64,000 nucleotides of DNA. It comes from Dehalococcoidia bacterium (lineage in GTDB: Bacteria > Chloroflexota > Dehalococcoidia > Bin125). The stretch is from the NCBI GenBank assembly GCA_963555985.3, contig OY820591.1, positions 224,001-288,000 of the forward strand, read 5' to 3'. Positions within the stretch are counted from its first letter, which is position 1. Each line of letters begins with the position of its first letter. The notes beneath the pieces were generated by a model. That model was not told the origin of the DNA, made no database searches, and saw nothing but the letters and a program-made list of their open reading frames with translations. Positions 38,425 to 48,262 of the stretch are shown here, one piece after another. Made by a program: the position numbers and the translations under genes.

Positions 38425-39519
38425 TTAGACCGGGATCTTCTCCACCGGTACCGGCATCGGAATCCCCGCCCAGCGGCGTAGATCCTCGCTCAGACGATCC
38501 CGCCGATCCGTCAGATGGCAATGGTCGAGGTAGCCGAGGTAGGTCTCGACCTGACGCTGGCGCAGCGCAGCCACATCCAGCATCGCCTCTTCCGCCTGCT
38601 CGCGGCCCTCTCCCATCAGCACGGCGAGGGCGGAGTAGAGCGTGTCGTCGCGGTCCTTGGCCAGGTACCACTCGGCCTTGTTCAGGTAGCGGTGGATTTC
38701 CTCGCGCCGGATCGGTTCCCTGAGCAGGAGGTAGCGCATGTGGTCGACGAAGTACCTGAGGTGGCGCTCGATGTCTTTGGCGCAGAGCCGGTAGATTTGG
38801 CGTTCGGCCTCGTTCTGGGCGAGGTTCTCGCCTTCTTCGAGCAGCGCGATCAACATCGCGTCGTGCATGATCGAGGCGACCGTGAACTCCGAGAAGGTGT
38901 ACGACTGTGTGAGCGGGAGGAACTTCCAGTTGCGTCCGCCGCGTCCGAGTCCGCCGCCGTTGGAGAGCGCGCGCTTGCGCCAGACCTCGTAGAGCCGCGC
39001 CGCGTCAAACACCACCGTGCCCAGGAACAGCTTGACTTCGATGTAGCCGTAGGAGATCTCCTGGAGCCAGCGCCCCGTCGTCTGCGCCTTGGTCCAGGCG
39101 TACTCGGACATCAGCGTTGCGATCTGGCAGATCGCCCGCTCGATGTCCGAACTCAGCGGTTGCATTGAGGCCCAGTCGATATCGGCCGACGAGTTCCAGC
39201 GGTCGGCGATGGCGTCCTCGTACAGCTCGGCGCAGAGGTCGGACCAGACCTCCGACTTCTCGAAGATCGAGTAGCCCATCTGTTCGGTGCGGGTGTCGGG
39301 GATGGCGCCGCGCGGAATCTCGGTGTTGTTGTCCCAGTGTTCGGGCACCTCGCCGTAGATATCGACATTGAGCAGCCCGAAGCGCAGGCCGCCCGTCTCC
39401 GGCTTCGCCTGGTCCTTGGCCTTGACGCCCCAATGGACCGGAACGTCGAGCCAGTCCGAGGGCAGACCGGACTGCTCCAGCCGAGCTTTGGCGGTGGCGA
39501 CGACTTCGTTGTCGGGCAT
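38425..39519 (-). CDS. Ferritin-like fold protein lacking canonical iron ligands (beta-like subunit)
   Basis: Alignable to the upstream gene (LYEDAI..RW.S..DIDW, ERAICQ, RKRALSNGGGL), but DEARH is replaced by DAARL and DESRH by DIERH. Confidence 0.75.
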   Translation of the reverse strand: MPDNEVVATAKARLEQSGLPSDWLDVPVHWGVKAKDQAKPETGGLRFGLLNVDIYGEVPEHWDNNTEIPRGAIPDTRTEQMGYSIFEKSEVWSDLCAELYEDAIADRWNSSADIDWASMQPLSSDIERAICQIATLMSEYAWTKAQTTGRWLQEISYGYIEVKLFLGTVVFDAARLYEVWRKRALSNGGGLGRGGRNWKFLPLTQSYTFSEFTVASIMHDAMLIALLEEGENLAQNEAERQIYRLCAKDIERHLRYFVDHMRYLLLREPIRREEIHRYLNKAEWYLAKDRDDTLYSALAVLMGEGREQAEEAMLDVAALRQRQVETYLGYLDHCHLTDRRDRLSEDLRRWAGIPMPVPVEKIPV

Positions 39520-39540
39520 GGTGGTCCTCCGCAGACAGCA

Positions 39541-39567
39541 AGCGGCGCGGGTCGAACCCGCGCCGCT
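39541..39567. terminator. Perfect 12-bp stem-loop between the ferritin-like genes
   Basis: AGCGGCGCGGGT-CGA-ACCCGCGCCGCT. No U-tract on the coding strand, so it may stabilise RNA rather than terminate. Confidence 0.5.
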
Positions 39568-39588
39568 GTTCGTTTGAAGTTGCTTGTC

Positions 39589-40656
39589 CTAGTTCTCGTC
39601 GAGGGCGCCTAACAGGGCCGGATGCAGGCGTCCGCTTTCGAGCCGGCCGCCGAGTCCGGCCACATCAAGCCGGTGCAGGTACTCGAGTACCTGCTTGCGG
39701 CGCACGTGCCAGAACAGACGCCAACCCTCGTCGACGTCGCCGTCGCCGAGCAGGTAGACCAACGCGCCGGCGAGGCCGGGGTTGGCCTGGTCGGGGTCGA
39801 CGATCGTGTTCTCGAACATGTCGAGCGTCCAGTGGACTTCCTCGGCCTTGTCCGGCTCGTTCTCCAGCGTGTACTTGAGGTGGGTAACGCCGAAGGCGAC
39901 GTGGCGCGACTCGTCCTGCGCGGCCAGGCGGAAGATCCGCTTCTCGGCTTCGTTGTGCGCGATCAGCTCGCCCAGGCGGAAGAGCGACTGGACGAAGCCC
40001 TCGCCGAGGATGTGCAGCATCGAGGACATCTGGGTGAAGTCCTCGGCTTCGAGGATCTGGCGCAGGCCGCCGCCGCCGCCCTGGAGCAGCAGGCCGCCGC
40101 CGTTGGCGAGGGCGCGCTTGCGGAAGACGTCGGTGTGGCGGGCTTCGTCCATCACCTGCGACATCAGGAAGAGGCCGGACTCGAAGTGGTCGGCGGCGAT
40201 CCGCGGCAGCCACTTGCCGGGCACATCGCCGGCGATGAACTCGACCTCGGTCAGCGAGGTGCAGAGCTGCGCCATCGCGCGCTCGATGTCCTCCGGCAGC
40301 TCTTCGAGCGTGTCCCAGGGGATGTCGGTGGCCGAAGACCACTGACGCGAGACAGCCTCGTCGTAGAGCAGCGCGGCCGAGTCGGAGAAGGTCTCGGTGG
40401 CGTCGCTCAGGACCCAGGGCGACATGCGTGGCGTCACGCCATCCGGCGCCGCCGCCCCGCGCGGACGAGCGGAGCTGTCGTCGGTGGAGGCCGGGATCTC
40501 GCCATAGAGCGTCTTGTTGATCTGTTGGAGCGTCAGCCCCTTGCGGCCGGGTTCGGCGTTCACTCCCCATTCGGTGTCGAGGTTGAGCCAGGAGAGGTCA
40601 AGCTCCGGAACCTCAGGTTCGAGTTGCAGTTCGTCAAGTCGGTCGGCGGTAACCAT
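39589..40656 (-). CDS. Ferritin-like diiron protein (alpha-like subunit)
   Basis: E(VE)...DEARH...GEG...DESRH: complete carboxylate-bridged diiron ligand set. Confidence 0.85.
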   Translation of the reverse strand: MVTADRLDELQLEPEVPELDLSWLNLDTEWGVNAEPGRKGLTLQQINKTLYGEIPASTDDSSARPRGAAAPDGVTPRMSPWVLSDATETFSDSAALLYDEAVSRQWSSATDIPWDTLEELPEDIERAMAQLCTSLTEVEFIAGDVPGKWLPRIAADHFESGLFLMSQVMDEARHTDVFRKRALANGGGLLLQGGGGGLRQILEAEDFTQMSSMLHILGEGFVQSLFRLGELIAHNEAEKRIFRLAAQDESRHVAFGVTHLKYTLENEPDKAEEVHWTLDMFENTIVDPDQANPGLAGALVYLLGDGDVDEGWRLFWHVRRKQVLEYLHRLDVAGLGGRLESGRLHPALLGALDEN

Positions 40657-40879
40657 GCTGTCCTCCAGAGATGCCCAGGGGGCACCGTCAGCGCGATCTG
40701 TATCGGGCGCAAGCTAGCGGTTTGGGAGCTGGAGCGCAAGCTGCGACCTGCCGACCATCGCTCTCCTGCATTACGGAGGGAAGAACGGGATCGGGTCAAT
40801 GCGACAGTCTCTCTCGGAGAGAGGCGCTAGACTGCCGGATCAAGGTTGCCCGCTCACCGGGCTGGCCGAGGAGACAGGC

Positions 40880-41611
40880 ATGAATTCAGCCGCCGCGCAG
40901 AGGGCACTCGATGGACTCGCACCGGCCTCGCGGCGGCGAGTTGTGCGGAACGGAGCTCCGACGAATGATCTTGTCTTCAGCGCATCCGTCGCAGGAAATG
41001 AGACTGTCTTTCCTCAAATCCTCTCTCTGTACGTGCCAGAGTCAAGCGTGATTGCCGACGTGACGTATGGCGAAGGCGTCTTCTGGCGCAATGTTCCGGA
41101 CGACCAATATGTTGTCCATGGAACTGACATCCAGACCGGAGTCGACTGCCGAGATCTGCCTTACGCGGATGGTGAGATCGACTGTGTTGTCCTGGACCCG
41201 CCATACATGCACTCTCCTGGAGGAACTGCGCACCAGGGGACGCCTTTTGAGCGCCATTACCGAAACAACGGGACCCGCAACACCACGCCGAAGAAGTATC
41301 ACGAAGCAGTTTTATCGCTGTACGAAGACGCAGGTAGAGAGGCGTACAGAGTTCTTCGTGATCGCGGAGTGCTCATAGTCAAGTGTCAGGACGAAGTGTG
41401 TTCAAACCGTCAGCGCTTCACGCACGTAGAGATCATGCAGGCGTACGTCGAGCTCGGGTTTGTGCCTGAGGACCTCTTCGTGGTCGTGAGGAACAACCGC
41501 CCTGGCGTGAGCCGTGCTGTGAGACAAGTCCACGCGCGAAAGAATCACTCGTACTTTCTCGTATTCTGGAAGAAGGGTTCTTCTCGCGGCCGTTGGGAGC
41601 GCCCAGGATGA
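40880..41611 (+). CDS. Small amino DNA methyltransferase (homolog of 25334..26092)
   Basis: [25 protein letters not shown] and [14 protein letters not shown]. Start ATG 40880 after GAGGAG. Confidence 0.85.
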   Translation: MNSAAAQRALDGLAPASRRRVVRNGAPTNDLVFSASVAGNETVFPQILSLYVPESSVIADVTYGEGVFWRNVPDDQYVVHGTDIQTGVDCRDLPYADGEIDCVVLDPPYMHSPGGTAHQGTPFERHYRNNGTRNTTPKKYHEAVLSLYEDAGREAYRVLRDRGVLIVKCQDEVCSNRQRFTHVEIMQAYVELGFVPEDLFVVVRNNRPGVSRAVRQVHARKNHSYFLVFWKKGSSRGRWERPG

Positions 41612-42111
41612 ACCCTGTGGAATTGTTGGTCGAGATCATTCAGGAACACTCCCCAGAGGACATTTGGCGAGATTCTCCGCTCATTGGCTATCGGATGTTG
41701 GGGAACACGAATCGGGGAGAGATTGGAGAGGAATTCGTCAGGAGATTTCTGGCAGCCCACGGGATCACCGTAGGCAACGGGAGCCGGACATCGCAGACGG
41801 ACCTCCGGATCGAGAGCACCCGTTTCGAGGTAAAAACGGCGTCGCTCGGTGCCACCGGCACTTTCCAATTCAACCATGTGCGACTGGATCGTGCGTACGA
41901 CCTTCTGCTTTGTCTCGGTATCTGTCCACATGATATTGTGTTTAATATGTGGCGTAAAGGTGCGGTTGCTGAAGGACGAGCAGGAAGATTGGTCCGGATG
42001 GCCGAGGGACAGGCCGTGACTTACAAGCTCACGAAGAAACTCGACGACATGAAGAAAATCGCAGAACTTCCCGGAGATGTAATGGAGGCGCTCTCTCAGA
42101 GTGAGCCGTGA
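41608..42111 (+). CDS. Putative PD-(D/E)xK restriction endonuclease
   Basis: [11 protein letters not shown]....FEVKTA, FQFNH...YD.LLCLG; ATGA overlap with the MTase stop. Confidence 0.75.
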   Translation: MNPVELLVEIIQEHSPEDIWRDSPLIGYRMLGNTNRGEIGEEFVRRFLAAHGITVGNGSRTSQTDLRIESTRFEVKTASLGATGTFQFNHVRLDRAYDLLLCLGICPHDIVFNMWRKGAVAEGRAGRLVRMAEGQAVTYKLTKKLDDMKKIAELPGDVMEALSQSEP

Positions 42112-42206
42112 CTTGGACGTACAGCCATCGTCAGCACGAGTCATCTCAAACTTGGAGGAGTATGTAAGATCTAGAATATTCTAGGAGCGCCTCGGCGTAG
42201 CCAGTG

Positions 42207-44036
42207 CTAATTGTCCGTCCGATACAGATACCGAATATCCCATAACCCGTACAGCGTCGGCGTCGAATTTCCGAACACGTTTCGCACCGCTGTGATCCGC
42301 TCGGCGTGAGTGGTGTAGATCAGCGGCAAATGCTCCGCCACGATCTCCTGCGCCCGCTGATAGTGCGTCACCCGCAGCTCGTGATCCAGCTCCTGGCTGC
42401 CGCGGATGTAGAGATCGTCGATCTCAGCCTCCCACGTGGTCGCCGGTTCGGGCTGGAATGGATGCCAGACATGGAACGCCTCACTGCTGTGCCACATGAC
42501 GATGCCGCCGTGGGGATCGGTGCCGCCGCCGAAACCGACGACCATCGCCTCCCAGTCGTAGCTGGCCGTCAACTGACCCACGAGCTCGCCGAACTCGATC
42601 AGCCGGAACTCGACGTTCAGACCCAGCGCGAGCATTCCTGCGTGGATGATCGAGGTCACCTGTTCACGCACGCTGTTCTGCGTATTGGTGACCAGCGAGA
42701 ACGCGATCTCATTGCCCGCGTCGTCCTCACGGAAGCCATTGCCGTCGCGATCGGTCCAGTCCAACTCATTGAGTAGCTGGTTGGCTCTCTCGAGGTCGTA
42801 CTCGTAGATGCGCACGTTGGGATTGTGGAAATCGCCCGCCGCCGGACTGATCGAGGCCCACTGCGGATAGCCCAGACCGTGCTGAACCTCGTCGATGATC
42901 CGCGCCTTGTCGATCGCATACGCCACTGCGCGCCGGAACTGCGTGTTCGTGAACCAGCGATGCTTTTCAGGGCCGACCAGCGGTTCGCCTGTGTCGGGGT
43001 TCGTGCCCGGGTTCATGTTGAAGCCCAGAAAATTCGAGCCGAACGTCGGCCCGCGCCGGTAGATCGTGAAGTTCTCCGCTTCTTGCAATGGCTCCAGGTC
43101 GGCGAACTCTTCGCCCAGCACGCCGTGGACGTCGGACTCGCCGTCGCGGAAGGCCTCGAGCTCGGCCTCAAGGTCGGGCACGATCAGCAGCACGACTTGT
43201 TCGAGGTAGGGCAGCCGGTTGCCGCCGTCGTCGGTCAGCCAGTAGTCGGAATTGCGTCGGAAGAGCACGCGCTCGCCCGGTTCGTAGCTGTCGATTAGGA
43301 ATGGACCTGTGCCAACGATCTCCGATGGATCCGTGTCGAGTCCCCAGGTGTCGACGAACGTGCCGTCGACCACGTGCGGCGCGAGGATGTGCTCGGGGAA
43401 GATCGCCTGTCCCATCGAACGCAGGAACGGCGCGAACGAAACCGGCAGCACACACTGAATCGTGTACTCATCGATCGCCGTTACCGTCATCGGCGCTTCC
43501 TCCCACTCATCGCTCTCGTTGAGGAAGCGGAAGGTGAAGGCGGCGCGATCGGGCGTGGGAATGTCCTCGTTGTAGATGATCCGATTGAAGGTGAACTCCA
43601 CATCTGCGGCAGTGAACGACTCGCCGTCGTGCCAGCGCACATCGCGGCGCAGATAAAACGTCCAGGTCAGACCGTCGGCGGAAACATCCCAGGATTCGGC
43701 CAGCGCCGGCTCGACCTCATCAGTCAGCCACGATGTCTCCGTCAGACCCTCGAAGAGGTAGCTGAGCACCCCGGCCGACCCGCTGTCGCTGGCCAGCGCG
43801 AGATTGAAGGTCAGCGGCTCCGCAATCGTGGCTGAGGTGAGTGTGCCGCCGAACCTGCCAATCTCGTACTCGAAGGCGTCAGCGGTAGCCGCCAGCCGCT
43901 CAACCAGTGAGCCTTCCTCCTCGCTGCTAACCACCAGTTCTTCCGGGGCGGTCTCGAGCTCATCGGCGCAAGCGATCAGGATCAGCGCGGCCAAGATCGC
44001 GGCGAGCAGTCCACAGGCGCTCCGAAACCAGGTCAT
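42207..44036 (-). CDS. ABC transporter substrate-binding lipoprotein, family 5 (peptide/nickel type)
   Basis: Lipobox LIAC; PALAESWDVS.DG..WTF.LR..V.WHDG; GTGPF. No permease adjacent. Confidence 0.93.
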   Translation of the reverse strand: MTWFRSACGLLAAILAALILIACADELETAPEELVVSSEEEGSLVERLAATADAFEYEIGRFGGTLTSATIAEPLTFNLALASDSGSAGVLSYLFEGLTETSWLTDEVEPALAESWDVSADGLTWTFYLRRDVRWHDGESFTAADVEFTFNRIIYNEDIPTPDRAAFTFRFLNESDEWEEAPMTVTAIDEYTIQCVLPVSFAPFLRSMGQAIFPEHILAPHVVDGTFVDTWGLDTDPSEIVGTGPFLIDSYEPGERVLFRRNSDYWLTDDGGNRLPYLEQVVLLIVPDLEAELEAFRDGESDVHGVLGEEFADLEPLQEAENFTIYRRGPTFGSNFLGFNMNPGTNPDTGEPLVGPEKHRWFTNTQFRRAVAYAIDKARIIDEVQHGLGYPQWASISPAAGDFHNPNVRIYEYDLERANQLLNELDWTDRDGNGFREDDAGNEIAFSLVTNTQNSVREQVTSIIHAGMLALGLNVEFRLIEFGELVGQLTASYDWEAMVVGFGGGTDPHGGIVMWHSSEAFHVWHPFQPEPATTWEAEIDDLYIRGSQELDHELRVTHYQRAQEIVAEHLPLIYTTHAERITAVRNVFGNSTPTLYGLWDIRYLYRTDN

Positions 44037-44184
44037 GCGCGTCTCTCCCCCGCTGTTCTCGATTGGAGACCGGAGCGTATCAATCCGTGTACGAAGGTCC
44101 GGCGTGGTCTTCGCACCGCTGGATTACAGAGAGCGATTAGGATGAGGCGCAAGACACCCGCAACTTCGCTCAAGGAGATCCCCC

Positions 44185-45075
44185 ATGGCGCTGCCCACTT
44201 TCGACAACGTCCTGCTCGAACGCACCGGCACCGACGACCGCATCGGCGTGCTCACGCTCAACCGCCCCGAGAAGATGAACGCGCTCTCGCAGGAGCTGAT
44301 CTACGACTTCCGCGACGCCTGCGAGTACTTCGAGGCCGACGACGATGTGCGCGTGCTGATCGTCAAGGGCGCCGGCCGCACCTTTTCGGCCGGCTACGAC
44401 CTGACCCCCGCCGGCGGCTACGGGGCCGACGCCATTCACCGCCGCTTCCGCACTGTCGACGACGACGGCAACCGCCTGATCATGGGTATTCGCGGCGGCA
44501 TGGCCCGCGTCACCGACATCTGGCTCTACTTCTGGAACATGCAGAAGATCACCATCGCCCAACTCCACGGCTACGCCATCGCCGGCGGCTTCGAGCTCTC
44601 GATGATGGCCGACCTCGTGGTCGCCGCCGAGGACACGCAGATTGGCCACCCCGGCCTGCGCTTCGCCGGCAGCCGCACCTCGGCCATCCTGCCCCTGCTG
44701 ACCAACATGCGCAAAGCGAAGGAACTCTTCTACACCGGCGACCCGATCCGGGCCACCGAAGCCGCCCAACTCAACCTGATCAACTACGCCGTCCCCCGCG
44801 ACGAACTCGAAGAGAAGACCCTCGCCCTCGCCGAGCGCGTCTCCAACCTGCCGGCCGACCACCTGGCCCAGCTCAAGGTCCACGTCAACCGCTTCTACGA
44901 AAACATGGGCATCTACTCCTCGCTGCGGTCTTCGACGGATCTGGATGCGGTCGGCACCTTCACCAGCCAGCACTACGAATGGTCGCGGCGGATGCGAGAC
45001 GAAGGCCTGCGCGGTGCCCTCGCCTGGCGAGACGGCCCCTTCGGCGACTACTCCCAGGCCCCCCGCAACCGCTAG
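44185..45075 (+). CDS. Enoyl-CoA hydratase/isomerase family
   Basis: TLNRPEKMNAL, FSAGYDL and HGYAIAGGFE. Confidence 0.93.
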   Translation: MALPTFDNVLLERTGTDDRIGVLTLNRPEKMNALSQELIYDFRDACEYFEADDDVRVLIVKGAGRTFSAGYDLTPAGGYGADAIHRRFRTVDDDGNRLIMGIRGGMARVTDIWLYFWNMQKITIAQLHGYAIAGGFELSMMADLVVAAEDTQIGHPGLRFAGSRTSAILPLLTNMRKAKELFYTGDPIRATEAAQLNLINYAVPRDELEEKTLALAERVSNLPADHLAQLKVHVNRFYENMGIYSSLRSSTDLDAVGTFTSQHYEWSRRMRDEGLRGALAWRDGPFGDYSQAPRNR

Positions 45076-45143
45076 GCGTTTCCCAGCGTTCCGTCATACC
45101 CGCGCTCGCCGCGAGTATCTCGTCTGACCGGCATGGAGCCGCA

Positions 45144-45884
45144 ATGCCCACCTTCATTGGCCTCGACCTTGCCTGGACGACCAAGAACGAGAGTGGCATC
45201 TGCTGGCTCGAGGGCGATTCGCGGGACAACCTGCGCTGCACCCGTCTTCACGCCGCAGCCTACGAAACTGCAGCGCTGGCAGATGAAGTCACCGCAGTCG
45301 ACGGACCGGTCGTCGTCACCATTGACGCTCCATTGCTCTACAACGAAGAACGACGCGCCGAAAGCAAGATCGCCAGTAAGTTTGGTCGCTACAAGGCGTC
45401 GGCCTATCACCCTTCGCTGGCCGTCAGGCGTGGATACACGGCCGGCATCGACCTCGGCAAGGCCCTGGAGTCGTCAGGCTTCACGCTGGACCCGGCACAA
45501 CTGTTGCGCGGCCATCGAGCCGGTCGTACGGCAATCGAGGTCTTTCCGCACACGATCCACGTTCGCCTCTTCGGCCTCGACGAACGGATCCTGTACAAGA
45601 AGGGCCGTGTCGCGCAGAAGCGAACCGGACTGCGTCAGTACCAGGGACACCTGGGAGGACTGATTGAGCGAGAGGCGCCCGATCTTCTCGACCACGAAGA
45701 CATCGCCCGCGCCCTGGATCCCGAAACCGCCCGGAACGCCAGGGGCAAAAGCCTCAAACGCCTCGACGACACCCTTGACGGTCTCACCTGCGCACTAGCC
45801 GCCTGGCTGATCTGGAAGGCACCAGACCGCTGGGAGATGATCGGCGACCTCAACGGCTACATCGTCGCGCCGCGTGAACGTTAG
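45144..45884 (+). CDS. DUF429 predicted nuclease (RNase H fold)
   Basis: FIGLDLAW, IDAPL, IEVFPH, YKKG and DTLDGLTCA. Confidence 0.85.
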   Translation: MPTFIGLDLAWTTKNESGICWLEGDSRDNLRCTRLHAAAYETAALADEVTAVDGPVVVTIDAPLLYNEERRAESKIASKFGRYKASAYHPSLAVRRGYTAGIDLGKALESSGFTLDPAQLLRGHRAGRTAIEVFPHTIHVRLFGLDERILYKKGRVAQKRTGLRQYQGHLGGLIEREAPDLLDHEDIARALDPETARNARGKSLKRLDDTLDGLTCALAAWLIWKAPDRWEMIGDLNGYIVAPRER

Positions 45885-46426
45885 GACGGATAGTCCGCGT
45901 GAGACTTGAGGGCGAGGATCTGGCGCGTATGATCACCGTCGTGGAAGGCCTGGAATAGCGGCCACGCCATCGACGGCAACTCCCCGAAAAAGGCGTGCGG
46001 CACTGTCGTCTCGTTGTCGATCTCCTCAGGGAACGCATTCGCCACGCTCAGCAGACGTTCGCTCACTGATGTGACCTGCAACCGCAGGTCATCAACATCC
46101 GACGCCGGAGCGGTGATCTGCCCCGGCGGACCCTTGACCACCGTGCGACCATTCGCGGTGGCGGCGATGATCTCGGCGATGTTCGGCGACGCGGTAATCA
46201 CGTGCCGCATGATCTCGCTGACGCTCCAGGTTGCTTCGTCGTCCGGGTCCATCGCGGTCGGGGTCCAGTCGGCCTGTGTCTGGGTGACGCCCTGAAGGGC
46301 ATCGATCAGTGCGAAGCGCGCGTTGGCCATTCGCAGCCAGATCTCGTCCCACGGCAATGTCGCCGCGCCCTCAAGAAACTCGGCGCGCATGCGCTCGCGA
46401 AAGTCCGAATTGCGGATATCGGCCAT
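45881..46426 (-). CDS. DinB/YfiT family metal-binding protein
   Basis: WSVSEIMRHV, HAFFGEL and HDGDHTRQI. Confidence 0.88.
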   Translation of the reverse strand: MADIRNSDFRERMRAEFLEGAATLPWDEIWLRMANARFALIDALQGVTQTQADWTPTAMDPDDEATWSVSEIMRHVITASPNIAEIIAATANGRTVVKGPPGQITAPASDVDDLRLQVTSVSERLLSVANAFPEEIDNETTVPHAFFGELPSMAWPLFQAFHDGDHTRQILALKSHADYPS

Positions 46427-46427
46427 G

Positions 46428-47345
46428 TCACCCCTCGCGAAACTCCGGCGCGATCTCCTCGATGAAGCGATCCATCTGCTCGGTGCGCTGGAAGGCGTTC
46501 GAGCCGAGAGTGAAGTCGGGGATGATCAACTCATCCACGCCCGCGTCGATGTACTCCTGCACCGTCCGCTTGATCTCGTCGTTCGAGCCGCCCAAGACCG
46601 GACGCCCGCTCGCCCGGACTGGGCCGAGCACATCCTCGTTCTCGGTCATCATCAGCAGCAGGCAGGCCGAGCGCTGGATCTCCGCCGGGTCGCGGTGGAC
46701 ATCGGCGCAGTGTGCATCAAGCACCGACTGCTTGTGAATCATCGTCTCCGGCGTGCCCCAGACGTTCCACTCGTTCGCGTACTGCGCCGCGATCCGCAGC
46801 GTGCGCTTCTCACCGCCGCCTCCGATCATCAGCGGCAGCGGCGTCTGGATCGGTTTCGGCTCCAGCGGCGCATCGATCAGCTGGTAGTGCTGACCGGTGA
46901 AGTTGCTCTTCTGGTAGCGGAACAGATCGGTCACCATCTGGCAGGCCTCCTCGAAGCGATCCATCCGCTCCTTCAGCGTGCCGAAGTGCATCCCGTAGGC
47001 GTAGTGCTCGTTCTCCTGCCAGGCCGCGCCCAGCCCGAGGATGAAGCGTCCCCCGGAGATGACATCGATCTGCGCCGCCATCTTCGCCGTCAGCGCCGGG
47101 TGACGGTAGGTGTTGCCGCTGACCATGTGCCCCAGCTTCACGCGCGGAATCCGCGACGCGAACGCCGCCAGTGTCGTCCACGACTCGTGCATCAGTTCGT
47201 CGGAAGCGTCTTCGCCAACCGGTTTGTTGGGCATGAAGTGATCGGCGAACCAAATCCGGTCCCAACCCGTTCGTTCCGCGTGTCGCGCGACGGTCAGCAC
47301 TTCCGCCCACGGATTGGATGCGCCCGCCCAAAATCCGAATCGCAT
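46428..47345 (-). CDS. LLM class (probably F420-dependent) oxidoreductase
   Basis: WFADHF, GNTYRHPA, GLGAAW..NEH, IGGGGEKRTLRIAA. Start ATG 47345. Confidence 0.92.
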   Translation of the reverse strand: MRFGFWAGASNPWAEVLTVARHAERTGWDRIWFADHFMPNKPVGEDASDELMHESWTTLAAFASRIPRVKLGHMVSGNTYRHPALTAKMAAQIDVISGGRFILGLGAAWQENEHYAYGMHFGTLKERMDRFEEACQMVTDLFRYQKSNFTGQHYQLIDAPLEPKPIQTPLPLMIGGGGEKRTLRIAAQYANEWNVWGTPETMIHKQSVLDAHCADVHRDPAEIQRSACLLLMMTENEDVLGPVRASGRPVLGGSNDEIKRTVQEYIDAGVDELIIPDFTLGSNAFQRTEQMDRFIEEIAPEFREG

Positions 47346-47462
47346 GACGCTCTCCTCGCACTGTTCGTTATCTCCAGTACCGCTGTGCGCGCAGGTTAAC
47401 GAGTTTGCAACCGCCCCCGTCGCGCAGCGGCGATATCCTCTTGTCATACGAAGGAGACCGGC

Positions 47463-48155
<693 letters not shown>

Positions 48156-48262
48156 AGCGCGTAGCCTGCGCCCACGGCAACCTCTTGCACTCCCCCGCGC
48201 CGCGGGGTGAGCGATCCCGTAAGGCCAGAGAGGCCCGGTCACATATCGCACAGGGCAGTCAG

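Noticed and set aside
44142-45143. N-terminal extension of the 580-aa ORF
   Set aside because: Overlaps the crotonase in another frame. The DUF429 gene starts at 45144.
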